Part shown: positions 13,001 to 25,334 of the stretch, piece by piece
How positions within the stretch are numbered: the stretch's first letter is position 1
Layout: each line of letters begins with the position of its first letter
Origin: Geosiphon pyriformis uo1
Taxonomy: Eukaryota > Fungi > Glomeromycota
Direction: 5' to 3'
Length of the DNA: 64,000 nt
NCBI GenBank assembly: GCA_016748015.1
Contig: JAAOMT010000009.1
Location: forward strand, 948,459 to 1,012,458
Program-made: the position numbers and the translations under genes
Notes under the pieces: generated by a model
Databases searched by the model: none
Told to the model about the DNA's origin: nothing
What the model saw: only the letters and a program-made list of their open reading frames with translations

Positions 13001-13773
13001 AAAATTGTCAATAGTAATTAAAAAAAACTTTATAATAAAAATTATTTGAGTATTTTATGTTTAATATATAATAATATTGAATTACTTAATTATGCTTTTA
13101 TTTGTTTAAAAAACATTTCTGTATAATCTGAAATTTTGTTAAATTATGTTAAACTATAGAAGTTTTTGGTTGAGATCTACTTGTTTTTATTGTTTTTATT
13201 GTTTTTAATATTGCACATTTTTTTTAAGAGCTTTAAATATTAATATTTACATAGTTTTGTACAAAAACTTTATTTTTAAGAATTGAATTAATAAAGCAGT
13301 ATTGGTTTTTGATAATAAAAAGAAAATTATATTGATGATAATTGATTTTGTTTGCTGTTTAGCTAAAAATCATTACAGTAAACTGTAAATATTTAGATTA
13401 AAATTTAAAATAAATATAGAAAAAAATGGCCTAATAAATAATAAAAAAGTATTGTCTAATGTTTTTTGTAGTTTGTTTAGTTTTTTGTTAACTGAAGTAA
13501 TTTGTTTAGTTTTTTGTTAACTGAAGTAGTTTGTTTATTAGGTATTATAGAGTTATTTACTGTTAGTTTTAGATTGTATAAGACTTGTTTATTTTTTTCA
13601 AATATTGACAATAGTATATAAATTTGTATAAATATATAGTATTGTTTTAATTAGTCTAAATAATTGGTTATATATAATAAATATATGAATCATATTTAAT
13701 TAAGATTATTTAATTTGTTTTTTTATATTAAATAATAGTTAAATTGTATTTATTAAATTAATATTAAAAAAAA
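7100..13773 (+). mobile_element. LINE copy 2, near full length, extremely A/T-eroded
   Basis: Collinear residual similarity to the other LINEs: ORF1 from about 7170, endonuclease start about 9024 (IWKFTICNIRK), RT about 10700-11400, RNase H about 12370-12750, ORF2 end about 13639, conserved 3' UTR and A-tail at 13767-13773. The 5' boundary is approximate. Confidence 0.85.
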
Positions 13774-15937
13774 ATTAGCCAAAAAAACCAAAAATTTTAA
13801 AAAACAATAGTAATCATTCAAATTTTTTTGTAATTTTAAATAAAATTTTGAATAAAATTTTTGTAGTAATATTTGGTTTTTTTTAATATAGATAATAACA
13901 ATAATAATATATCTTTTAAGATAAGCTAAAATTAATTACTAGTTATATTATTAAATATAATGTTTTTTAGTAAATTATTATTGGTTTTTAAAGTAAAATA
14001 AAATATGTTTTTGAATATAATTAAACTAATTAACTTATTAAACTAATTAGATAAAAATTAATTAATTGCTTTTTTTGATATTGTTTTTAATAGTATTTAA
14101 AATACAATTTTTAATTATTAAAAATTTTCTAAATAGACAGTTTTTATTTTGGTGTTTAATATTATATTTTAAATTAAATTGATTTATATTAATTTTTTAT
14201 TTTAATTATTGTTTAGTTTTATTGAACTTAAATTTGTCTTAATAAACAATATTATTTTATTTTATGTAAATTTTGCTTTTAATGTTTTTTGATTACTATT
14301 ATCAAATTTTTATTGATGCTTTTTTTATTTTTAATTATATTTAAAATTGCAAAATATTTGTAATAATTTCTATTTTTTTTTTATTGTATTTTGTAATATC
14401 TTTCTTAATATATTTTTTAATAATATTAAAAACACTTTTAATGTTGTTATTTTAATTAAATTAAATTCTGTAAATTTATAATAATATGTTATTATTTATT
14501 TCAAAAACTTTTTTTTGTTGTTGTTGTTTTTATTTATTAGTTTATATTAATAAAAAAAAACAGTATTAAATTTTTTTTTTGTTTAACCAAAAAAATTATT
14601 ACTTTATAAAATATTTTCAAATTAATTAATTTTTTTTGGTTATACTGTTTTTAAAATTAATAATTTAATTTTTAAGTTAGTAATAATATTTGTTTTATTT
14701 TTTATTTTTTAATTCTTATTATTATTAATGTTTTGTTATTATAATTTTTAAATTTTTAAAAATTTTAAATCTTATTTTAAGTTTATTAGTGGTTTTAAGA
14801 CTTTTAATTTGTTTTTATTTATTAAAGGTTTTGTCTTTTTTGTTTTAAAATCTTGAATTTTTAATTTGGTTGTATTAATTAGTTTGATTATTTCTTTTTT
14901 AATTGAAAATAGTTGTAAAAATTTTAAGATAAAAAAAATTTGATTATTATAAAATATATTATTAAAAATTTTATTAATCTTTTAATTAATATAAAAATGA
15001 ATTAAGTACTGCTAAAATATTTTTTTTAATTAATATAATTATTAAATTACTATAACAAATAAGTAATTTTAATATTAGATATAATATTAAAACCAGATTG
15101 TTTTAAGTAAGTTTGTTTTTAATAGTCAAAATTTGAATAGTTTTATAAATAAACTTAGTAAATTAAATTTATTTCTGGGTTTTTTTAATTTAATTTAATT
15201 TAACTTAAGTAATTAATTACATATAGAAAGCAAATAATTCATATTTAATTTAGACTTAACTTTAGGTATATTGTATTAGATAATAATTAAACCATACTTT
15301 ATAAAATATAAAAAAAAAACTTTAATAAATATAATGTTTAAATTTATTTTAAATATAATAAATATCAATATAATTACAGAGTTTTTATTTTTAAAAACAT
15401 CAATATATTAAATATACATTATATTTTTTAAGTTTTTCATATAAAGTTAGTAATTCAATAAATGCAAAAATTTTGACTAATTGTTTGACTTCACAAAATT
15501 AAAACTAGACTTTTGATATAAATTTGAATTTAAAATAAATATTAAAACAATTGTTATTTTTGATTTAAAATGTATAAAATACTGTTGTAAATGAAAATTT
15601 TCTCTTGATTTCACTAAAAATCCTTAGATCCCAGAGCTAAAGTTCTGCGTTTTACGACATTACACATCCTTATGGTTTCTATTATCCCTCGCGTAATAAA
15701 CTAATTGTTAATGATTTTCAAATATTCAACGTGCTCCTCAACAACACAAAGCAAAAAATGAGGTTTGGGCTCGGTGATCATGATTAAAAAAATTGCTAAT
15801 GGACACTGGAATTCATTTTCAGAAAGAAAATTAAGATTATCAAAAGAATAAAAAACCTCTCCAAATAGAAAGTGTAAGAAAGAATATTAGTAGATGGAAA
15901 ATATTCAGGCCATATTGCTTCAAACGGGAGAACATTA

Positions 15938-17747
15938 TTATAAGAGGCCATCTTGAGCGATGATGGCATCTAGCAAAATATCCTTTTCAATCCTAAGACG
16001 TTTCAATTTCTTTTTGAGATGAGCATATTCGTCGCCCATCATATCATTTTCTTCACGAATGTAACGCGCTTTCGCCTGTAGAAGGCGGCATTTTTCCCGA
16101 AACGTATCAAAGCTGTCGTCGTCATGGTTTATTGGTTCAGATGCATCGCTCTGTTCTGATGTAAAATTACTGCTCTCGTTTTCTTCATCTTCATCTTCAT
16201 CGGAAGAAGGCTGCTTGCGCTTAATTGAAGGTGCAGCAGGTTGTCGTGTATATCCACGTTGTAATGCGGACACAGAACGCATAATACCACCGCTATCGTT
16301 AGAAAGTTTGTTATCGCTGATTTGACTTTTGGCAGCGCGGGGAGGTTGTTTACGATTGCGCGAAGCATTCGCCTCACTTACATCCCCAATTTGAGTAGGG
16401 TCGGTATCGTTGCCGCGTCTTTTCTTGATGATAGGGGTTGGTGGTTCTTGGCTTTCTTCGATTTTTGTTTTTTTGCGGGGGGGATTTTCATGAGGCGTTT
16501 TCATATGCTAAGATGAAGATTATTAAGAGAATATCCGATTCTGGAAAAGGAAGTTCAATTGGATGATGTTTCAAAAACTTACCTTTGTGAGAGAATCTGG
16601 TCTTGCAAAAGATTTCTCACAACCTAATTTTATTGGGATAAATTTATACCGTCTTAATTATAATGCGACTAATTGGCTAAAACGCTTATGTCCTTTTTCG
16701 CATAAAGTGAAAAATTCCAATATTATGAATATCCTAATATGTAAACTTTTCAACATGTCTCACTGATATTTTACTCGCATAAAATCATCATCTTCTCGAA
16801 ATAACATCGACCCTTGGTAAACCTTTACGCACCTTCTTTTTTGCACAAATATGGCTTCTCGCCTGTGTGGGTTCGCATGTGGGTGATAAGAGATGAACGT
16901 GTGCTCAAAACCTGGCCCTTTAATTTGCAATCCGTCCAGTTGCAGATATAAGTCGCGTGTCTTTTGCCGACATGGTCTGGGTAGAACCAAAGGAGACAGG
17001 AAAGGGATTATAAAATTATGATTGTGTAAACGTCTAAATGCGGAAAATGAAATTTTAAGAACACTCATGATCCGAGTTGACGATTGCCGATTATGAGAAA
17101 TTGCCGAGCAGTGAGGATATTGATGAAATTAAAAATTGCTCATGTTCTTTCTCTAGCCAGTTCCAGAGCGGTGTAGGCTTGTAACTCACATGATACTCAA
17201 ATACAATAAAGGATTAGCACCGAGGTTGCCATTGAAATTCATTTGAAAGTATAAGTTAACGAAATTACCAAAAACAATATAAAGCTATAAATGATTCCGG
17301 TCAGGAACTTTTAAATAATAGAATTTCCCCACTACTATTACTGGCCTAGATAATGTAAACAATAAATTGAGTCGACCTACCATCATGGATATGCGATATT
17401 AATTCACTCAAAACGTCAAAAGAGGAACTACACCGTTCCCATTTACATCTAAACGCAGAACTTGGCAATGGGGCCGAGGCGCGTCGTTTTGATATCGCGT
17501 TTTTTGAAGCGTTCCCTTGTTCAATCGCAGGTCGTCGTATCTGTTGGTCCGATTCAGTCTTAGGCTGTTTGCCTTTCGTAATAGACTTCTCTGTCTGTGG
17601 CTGTTTACCTTTGGCAGAAGGCTTCTCTGTTTGAGGCTGTTGAGCTTTGATAGGAGACTTTTCTGTCAGAGATGATTTGCCTTTAGTAGATTTCTCCATA
17701 TTAGGTTGTTTGCCTTTGTTGGTGACTTTACTCTTTCGTTCTTGCAT
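15938..17747 (-). CDS. Gli-type triple C2H2 zinc-finger protein with a C-terminal INO80E-like coiled coil (Iec1-like putative INO80 subunit); exons 17747-17381, 16976-16833, 16623-16583, 16507-15938
   Basis: GT-AG splicing rebuilds [92 protein letters not shown]. The C-terminus is [37 protein letters not shown]. The INO80 link is inference. Confidence 0.85.
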
Positions 17748-18086
17748 TTTTTGAAATGTCTGGGGTTCCAATAGGAGCAACAGTGACAGTCAAAGTTTGT
17801 AGAGTCAGTTCTCAAGATTATATACTTGAGGAAAGTTGGTACCTGAAAAAATAAAGGTTTTCGCGAAAAGCTTGAGGATTTAATTTACTTTGAAAGGAAT
17901 ATATAATACATATACCTTGAGTTCAAGAGCTGTTGAAGTTGTATGTATGAAAGTGGGGAGAGGGTATGATCTAACTTTTTCTACTGCTTGATATTTAGGA
18001 AATTTGGTTATTAGGCGAGTTGTTTGGTATTATTACGATTCGTACTACTAGTGAAAACTACAGTTTAAACAATTTCGATCCAATCC
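17748..18086. promoter_or_regulatory. Short divergent (probably bidirectional) promoter region
   Basis: Only ~340 bp between two head-to-head start codons; probable 5' UTR intron on the minus strand at about 17843-17915. Confidence 0.5.
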
Positions 18087-19786
18087 ATGACTGGTATATC
18101 AGCTATGGCTATATCCCCTCCAACACTAGAAACCTTTCAAATAACGCTTACACCTCAAGGTGTGGCTGTTATCGCGTTTAACAGACCTAAACGTCTTAAC
18201 GCACTTATCCCAAAGACATATGAGGTATTTGGAACTGGTTTGACTAAAAGTACAAGAGAGGGAGAATTACTTAAATTCTTTTACTTTTGTGTTTTTCCTC
18301 GCCCTTTAAAATTAACAGCAATGACTTTGTAAAAGAGTTCCTGGCTAACCATCATTTTATTATTTCAAGAATTGGATAGAGGCCTTGGACTGGGCCTCAA
18401 CTAGTCCAGAGGTAAAAGTGGTTGTCTTCACAGGGAACGGAAAATTTTACAGCAGCGGAGTTGAATTAATAGTTCAGCCTACGCTTGAAGGACTCAGTTT
18501 GGAGGAAAAAAAGATTTTCACGAGGAAAAGCCTTGAACCCGCAGAGCATGCATCCCAAAGCACTAAATACGATTATTGATTATTAAAAACGAAAAACAAT
18601 ACTTGATGCGAGAATTACTTATATTTTAGGAAAATTGCGAACGCTTTGATTCAGTTCCCAAAGCTGCTAATCGCTGCTGTTAATGGTAGGAGCTATATAT
18701 ATTTATTTATTTTAAAATACTTGTCTAGAGATTATTACTAAAAATTTAATTGAAATTTGGTCAAAAAACCGAAAAAAAGGCCCTGCCGTCGGATATGCAG
18801 TTACTACACTGGGGCTTTTTGATGTCATTTATAGCGTTCCTGAAGCGACGTTTCATACACCCTTTATGCAGTTAGGTATTTCTATTTCCAAAGTTATCAT
18901 TCCAATAATCTTTTGATTTTATTTGGAAAGTACTTTAAGTATTGTTTGTAAAGGCTTCTGCGCTGAAGGATGTTCGTCATATTTGTTTCCAAAGTAAGTG
19001 AGTTGAACTATTTATTATGATCGAAAGTTTTTTTTTAATTTTATCTATATTCAATCTAGAATATTTGGATATTCTGTTGCCAATGAGTTTCTGGTAAGTT
19101 CGAATACATATACTTTTAATCTGTATAATATGATTTTCAAATTTCTATAGCTTAGATTACATATAAATCTTATTTCATAGTTGATGGGCCGTAAATTTAC
19201 CGCATCCGAATTAGAAAGGCTTGGATTTATAAGGTATCTTATTCTTGTATTTTCTATTAATTTGTAAATTTCCAAATATAACTTTCTATTCTCAACCCAC
19301 TTTCTATTCTCAAATTCTAGTCGCATAATACCATCGGACAATTTCCTTCAAAATGTCCTAGAATTAGCTAACGCTGCAGCTAAGTATCCATATAACGCTA
19401 TGATTCAAACGAAAAATTTGATACGTGTCACCGAACGGGAAGAGTTGGTGAAGGTCAACAAACGAGAGATTGATGTTTTGGTTGAGAGGTATGTAATACT
19501 GTTCATAAGAAGGGGCTATATATTAGTGAGAGATCTAACTTGGTTTTTATATTTGTAAAAACATGGGGAATAATCAAACGTTTATGTATCTTGAAAATTG
19601 ATTTGGTAATATTACCCTGGTAGATGGTTGTCAGATGAATCGAAGCAAGCAATTCAGGAATTCGTTAAAGGTAATGATCAAATAGCGGTTTCTATTTTTT
19701 ATTTGCTTCGTGTCATTTTCAATATCACTAATATTTTTATTTTGCAAAAAGCTTCGCAACAAAAGAGAAACAACAGTAAATTGTAG
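18087..19786 (+). CDS. Peroxisomal delta3,delta2-enoyl-CoA isomerase (crotonase superfamily, ECI2-like), 10 exons: 18087-18224, 18370-18545, 18630-18685, 18780-18875, 18954-18993, 19060-19093, 19181-19233, 19321-19488, 19624-19670, 19752-19786
   Basis: The spliced product has [42 protein letters not shown] and [21 protein letters not shown], and ends ...NNSKL* (PTS1). Confidence 0.93.
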
Positions 19787-20429
19787 TTAATAGACTAAAA
19801 ACTGGTTTCATTTGGATTAGATAAATGATTTAAATTGAATATCCCTTCTTAAAAATGTTAAATTATACTTTGATGACATTTTGTTTATTATTAAATAAAT
19901 AAAACTAACTATCAATAAACTAATATTAATATGAATAATTAGTCACATAAAAAACATATTACCTGAAATTTTTTATACATAAATTTATATTAAAAATAAA
20001 TTGTAAAAATTTTAATTTTTTATTTAATAACGGTTTTTAAGTTGTGTTTATTTAAAACAGTGTTTTTTGGTAAATTGTTTATTATTTAATTTTTAAAATA
20101 AAATATATGTATTTATGTATTAATTAAATTTAAATTTAAAAAATGTATTTATTATTTATTTATTTATTATGCTTTAATAAAGCATGATTCAATTATTATT
20201 TAATAATACAATACAATACAATAATAAATATTTTAAATTAAATATAACTCATATATTTAAATTAATTAAGACCAAATTATAATAAATTTACAAAAATAAA
20301 TTTATTTAATTTAATCATTTTTTGCAAAATTGCAATCAAATTATTATTACTAAAAACAAAATCAGTTAATTATATATAACAATTTTATTTGTATTTAATT
20401 TAATATAAGATATTATTAATAAATAAACA

Positions 20430-20755
20430 TTTTAAAAACCTTTTTTTTTTGTTTATTTCAAAATTTTTCAAAAAGCTTACTTTAAAACAAAAGTTTTTAT
20501 TTTTATTTTTTCTTGTTTTTATATTTACAATTTTTTAAAAAAGCAACTTATTTATAATAAAATTAATTAATAATATGTTTAAAAAAAAATAACCAAAAAA
20601 GTTTTTTATAATCTTTTTTCTTAAAAAAAAAGTCTCAATTAGCAATATAAAATATTTAAATTATAAGAAAGATCTATTTTTGATTAAATTTTTGAAAAGT
20701 ATTATAATATTTTTTAATATAAAAGATAAATTAAATAATAAAAACAACAGTATTT
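20430..20755 (+). mobile_element. Highly decayed 5' end/ORF1 start of another LINE
   Basis: 20590-20700 resembles 7255-7370 of LINE copy 2; it possibly resumes at about 44783-44855. Confidence 0.45.
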
Positions 20756-23586
20756 TTTTAGTTATTTTATTTTATTAAGTAAAGTCTAACTGCTATCTAG
20801 TACAAAACCAAACTAAGTGGCTTAAACTAAATACAATTCATATACTTATTACATATGATTAGCCACTTAGGCCAGACAAAGCAACACTATACACTTATAT
20901 TTACATATATGTTATAGTCTAAACCAGAAAAAAAAGACATGGTTTGTAATAGCCAAACTAACAGCAAAAGACTTAATAATCCCAAGCATTCTAATTACAC
21001 TATTTAATAATAAAAACATTACACTATATAACAAACTCAATATCAAACCACTATCTTTAACTAAACCAGCCTTTTTCATATTAATCTTATATTTAAATCT
21101 TATCAATCAGGTTTTACATTAATACAACTTCATCAAATGTTCTATATAATTAACAATGGCCAAAGCAGCTTTATTTCTTATATTAAAAATTTCAACAGTC
21201 TTTATATACCAAATCTTTAGCACAAACTTTTTATATACTACTACATACAGGCCAGCATTTAAGAAACATTGAGAGAATACTTACAAAACAGCAGAAAAAA
21301 ACAAATTTCAAGCATCTGTTAAAGAAATTCAATATACAGAAATTTCAGCCAAAATCTTTTCCTGAATACTAGCATCATGAGCACAAGTAAAAATATAATC
21401 TGATAACTCCATCTTATTATACACCAAATACAACACACCAGAATATTTTTTATTATATAATTTTTTTCTAACTATTACTGACAGCTGCTTATACATAGTC
21501 TTTATCAAGTATATATGTAAATTAAAAGACTTCTGACTAATAAACCCAATGAGCATATGTGAATCAGAATGCTAAATTTTTGCAGTAGTATTCCAATCCA
21601 TATTTTTAATCAGCACATCTAAAATCACATTATGGTCAAAGCCAGCTTTCCAATAAATATAACAAACAGACCTAAATAAATTTCTAACAAAATAACAGAC
21701 ATTGTCAAATACAGCTATGTTTTTAACCACCAAAAAACATTTTTACATATTCACTGACAAAAAAAAAGAAGAATACATAGCCTTATTTGCTATAGCATCA
21801 ATTTTTACATTACCACAAATTTTAAAATGATCTTTAATCTTAATCCAATATACAATAAGATTTTTTTTTCTAATTAAATTAAAAATATGTTTTTTTTTAT
21901 TTAGCATTGATTACAAAAATCCAGCACAGCAAATAATATCTCAACATATATGTATCAATAACAGCCTGGCTGTTAAAATACAAAAACACAGCACAAAAAG
22001 ATAGAACACATTTCAAAGCCAAGGCAATAGCTTGTAATTTGGCCATAGTAGAAGACAAAAAATTATAAACTTTAACATTAACATTCAGATTCACAGCTGG
22101 AAAATATGCAGTTGCACTATTAGCAACATTAACAAAACCAGTATTTTTTAATGAACCATCTATATAAACCTTAAATAAGCTAAACCAAATCTTATGTAAA
22201 CCATTCTGCATATTAGAAAATTCTTTAGATTTTAAAATATTCAAACCAAATAGCTAATTAGTCTTAACATAATCAAACAATAAAAAACCTCTATTATACA
22301 GATATCTTAACATAAGCTCAAACCAATAAAGAACAAAACTCTTAGGATTCAATTTTTTTCAACAATGAAAAATTTTTCAATTCATTATATTATCTCTTTT
22401 ATCTAAAAATCTATTACTAAAAGCAATACCAAACTGCTTCAAAGAATAAACAAAACTAAGATACAGAGTCTTTTTCAAAATTAATAACATTAAAAAACTA
22501 CCAAGACTATGAAAAACATTGGGCAAATTATTTAACAAGAACATTTTATTGTTTAAAAAAATTTTTATCACTCCAACCAAAAAATTATTTACTAAGCTAA
22601 CACATAACTTAACAAAAAACTGCAAAGAATTTAAAGAAGCCTAATTTATAACCTGCAAATCCAAAAATTTGCAAATAAATAAGTATTTAAAAATGCCTAA
22701 AATATTAGAAAAAAGAACCAAAGCAGCCAATTTTTTTTTAGACTATACTTGCTTAAATAATTTCAAGCTATATAAAAAAGGATAATGTAAAGCTTCACTG
22801 GGAAAATCATAAGGCAAACAAGCTTTAAATTTCAGGTTCTTTATAATTATAATATTTCATTTATAATACATACTTAATGAAACAAAATTGAACTGAGTCT
22901 GATAGCTAATTATAAGCTGCAAAATAATTAACACCAAATATGAGAACTGTTTATCTGTAATATTTTTTCTAAGTACTATATTGACAAAAAAACAAACATC
23001 AAAATGAGTCTTGGTTGATAAGAAGATCTTTAGATATTTATGTATTTCACTTTTTTTGGCAATCAAAATTAGTTGATTACTAATAGTCAAAGAAGCAACT
23101 CTAATACCTTGATTGATAGGGTTAGCCACTGTTTTTTCATTGTTGATAAAAATGTTATTGATTAAAAAAAACTTACTGGCAATGTTTAAAGTATACTGAG
23201 CAGAAGTCTGACTATTTTCAACCCAAATTGTGTTATCAACAAACACATCAACAACAAAAAAAGAGGACATTCTATTATTATTTTCAATCCTACTAGTCTT
23301 TGCTACAAACTTAGTATTAATCTAATATCTACACAAATGTTTATGTCTCTTAATCTTGCACAAAAGTGGATTGTAAAAAATTCTTTAAAGAAAAGATGAG
23401 AAGATTTTATCCTAATTCAATTTATTGTGTATCTTATAGTTATCTGAAAGACCAAAATCTGTCATTACTTTATTGACCTTATTTTTATGTATGTTGCCAA
23501 AAAATTTGATAAATCTATTACACATTTTTATTTGCTGCAAACTAATTCTTAAGTAGTGCCAACCAACCAAGTTATGCTTTATACAT
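20752..23586 (-). mobile_element. LINE copy 3, 3' part (RT C-terminal half, RNase H, 3' UTR, tail); continues at 44213-44782
   Basis: Minus-strand fragments FVDNTIWV, VYIDGSLKN...SSTMAKLQAIALAL; 3' UTR at 20775-20890. Cut inside the ...NM|YKA motif by LTR insertion. Confidence 0.9.
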
Positions 23587-24366
23587 TGTTACAGATGATT
23601 ACTTGGGGTCTCAAATCAAATAACAAATCTGTAACTTGGTGCTTGGTTGGTATTCTGGGGTTGATATCTGAAGGTTTTGTTGATCTAAAGGTTTTGTTGT
23701 GGAGTTCTTTGTATAATAAACAGAGATTTAATAGTTGTTTTCAGTAGCCTTCTGGAATTGTAATTCTGTCAAATTTTTTTCTTAGCATGGTGGCCAGTAA
23801 TCCTTCTGGTAAGCTATCCTTAAATCTATGAGTGTTCTACCCTTGTTTCATGAGTTTTTTACCAGTCCTTATGACATTTGTATCTCAGTGCTTAATTTTT
23901 AATCAACTTAGTGACTAAAGAAATAACAAAAAGAAATAAAAGAAAAATAAAAGAAGATAAAAAAATAAACCAAAGCAATTGCAAGTTAGTATCCCATCAA
24001 TAGCCGTAATCAAGAGCTATTGTTTCAGTGTGATTAAGTATCAATTACTATCAACATAAAATGTTGATAGTGAAGAGTGAATTGAAATAATAAATAATTA
24101 TTTATTGATATTTGTGGATTGGAAAGTTACTTAGATAAAATCTAAACTGAGAGGTCTGTCTTTTTCTACTTTTAATGTTACCACTATATATACATAATTT
24201 GGATTCTATGAGATTGCTTACATTCTTGAGCAATATGCTATAATTTCTCAAGCAATACTCACATTGTTGAGCAATGTGCCATATTTTTTTAACATTGCTC
24301 TACATTGCTGAATGATGTGCCATGATTTCTAATATTGCTTCATATTATTAAGCAATGTGCTCACGT

Positions 24367-25334
24367 TGTTACTGAAGGTTTTTGGTCTCTTTCCTTAAAT
24401 GTTGGTAATGTTGATTTGCTGTGAATTCATGTTCTTAGAAAGTAGTTGAACCTCCAATAATTGAATTTATTTTTAAATTATCTCTTATAATCTGAACTGC
24501 TGGGCTTATAAGTGGAATGGCCAATTCCTTGCCAGTTATTTTATGTAGTTATGTTGTAGTAAATGTCAACTCTTTCTCAGAAATTGCTCATCTGGAAGCT
24601 CACTAAAATGTATAGTTACTTTGCTGTAAAAGTCAACTTTTCTACAGAAATCTCGTCTATAGACTACCCTAATAATTGTAATAAAAAAAAAAGAAAAATA
24701 AAAGAAATATAAAAGAAATAGGATTTTATCAAGAGAAACATTTTCTATTCAGGCCTGAAATCACTAACAGTTTACTGAAATTGGTAGCTAATCAATTTCG
24801 AAATGTTAGTTGGGTTTTGGGAATTTTTCAAGTACAATAATTAAAGAATTTGGTTTTTTGAATTATTTGATATTTATTTCTTTTTGTGTGTATAGGAACA
24901 GTTTTAAGAGATAAATCTAAAATAAAATATATTTTTTTGAAGAAAAAAGCTCTTTTTTTATACAACTTGTTGTAGTACTAGTCTATGAACTTGCACTTTT
25001 TCTCTTTGCTCAAATTTTAGCAAACTAAAGATACATTTTGATGAACTATAAGTTATTTTGCTGAACTATTGATTAATTTGGGTAAACTATTCATAATTTC
25101 GGCGAATTTCTGTAAATTTCAGTGAATTTTAGAATGTTACAAAGTTCAGAGTATTGTGTAATTTGATCATTCTACTTTCTGTTATACTAATTAGATTATT
25201 TTAATTGAATCGTGATATGTGATAATTGATTAAATAATAAATGATAATTTGAAATGATATTAATATACTAATTAATTATAGGAATTATAAGGGTAATTTC
25301 ATGCTAATTAATAACTAAAATTCTACTGGTAACA
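24367..25334 (-). repeat. 3' LTR of B1
   Basis: Direct repeat of 43175-44144, TG...CA ends. Confidence 0.95.

Noticed and set aside
13780-15200. Possible ancient Gypsy gag/protease remnant on the minus strand
   Set aside because: Only faint similarity (TTG runs, short blocks); too eroded to support boundaries or identity.
6640-15600. Organellar or endobacterial (Mollicutes-like) DNA insertion suggested by extreme A/T content
   Set aside because: Most of it is collinear with the LINE copies after C>T/G>A erosion; the K/I/F/N-rich ORFs are decay artefacts.
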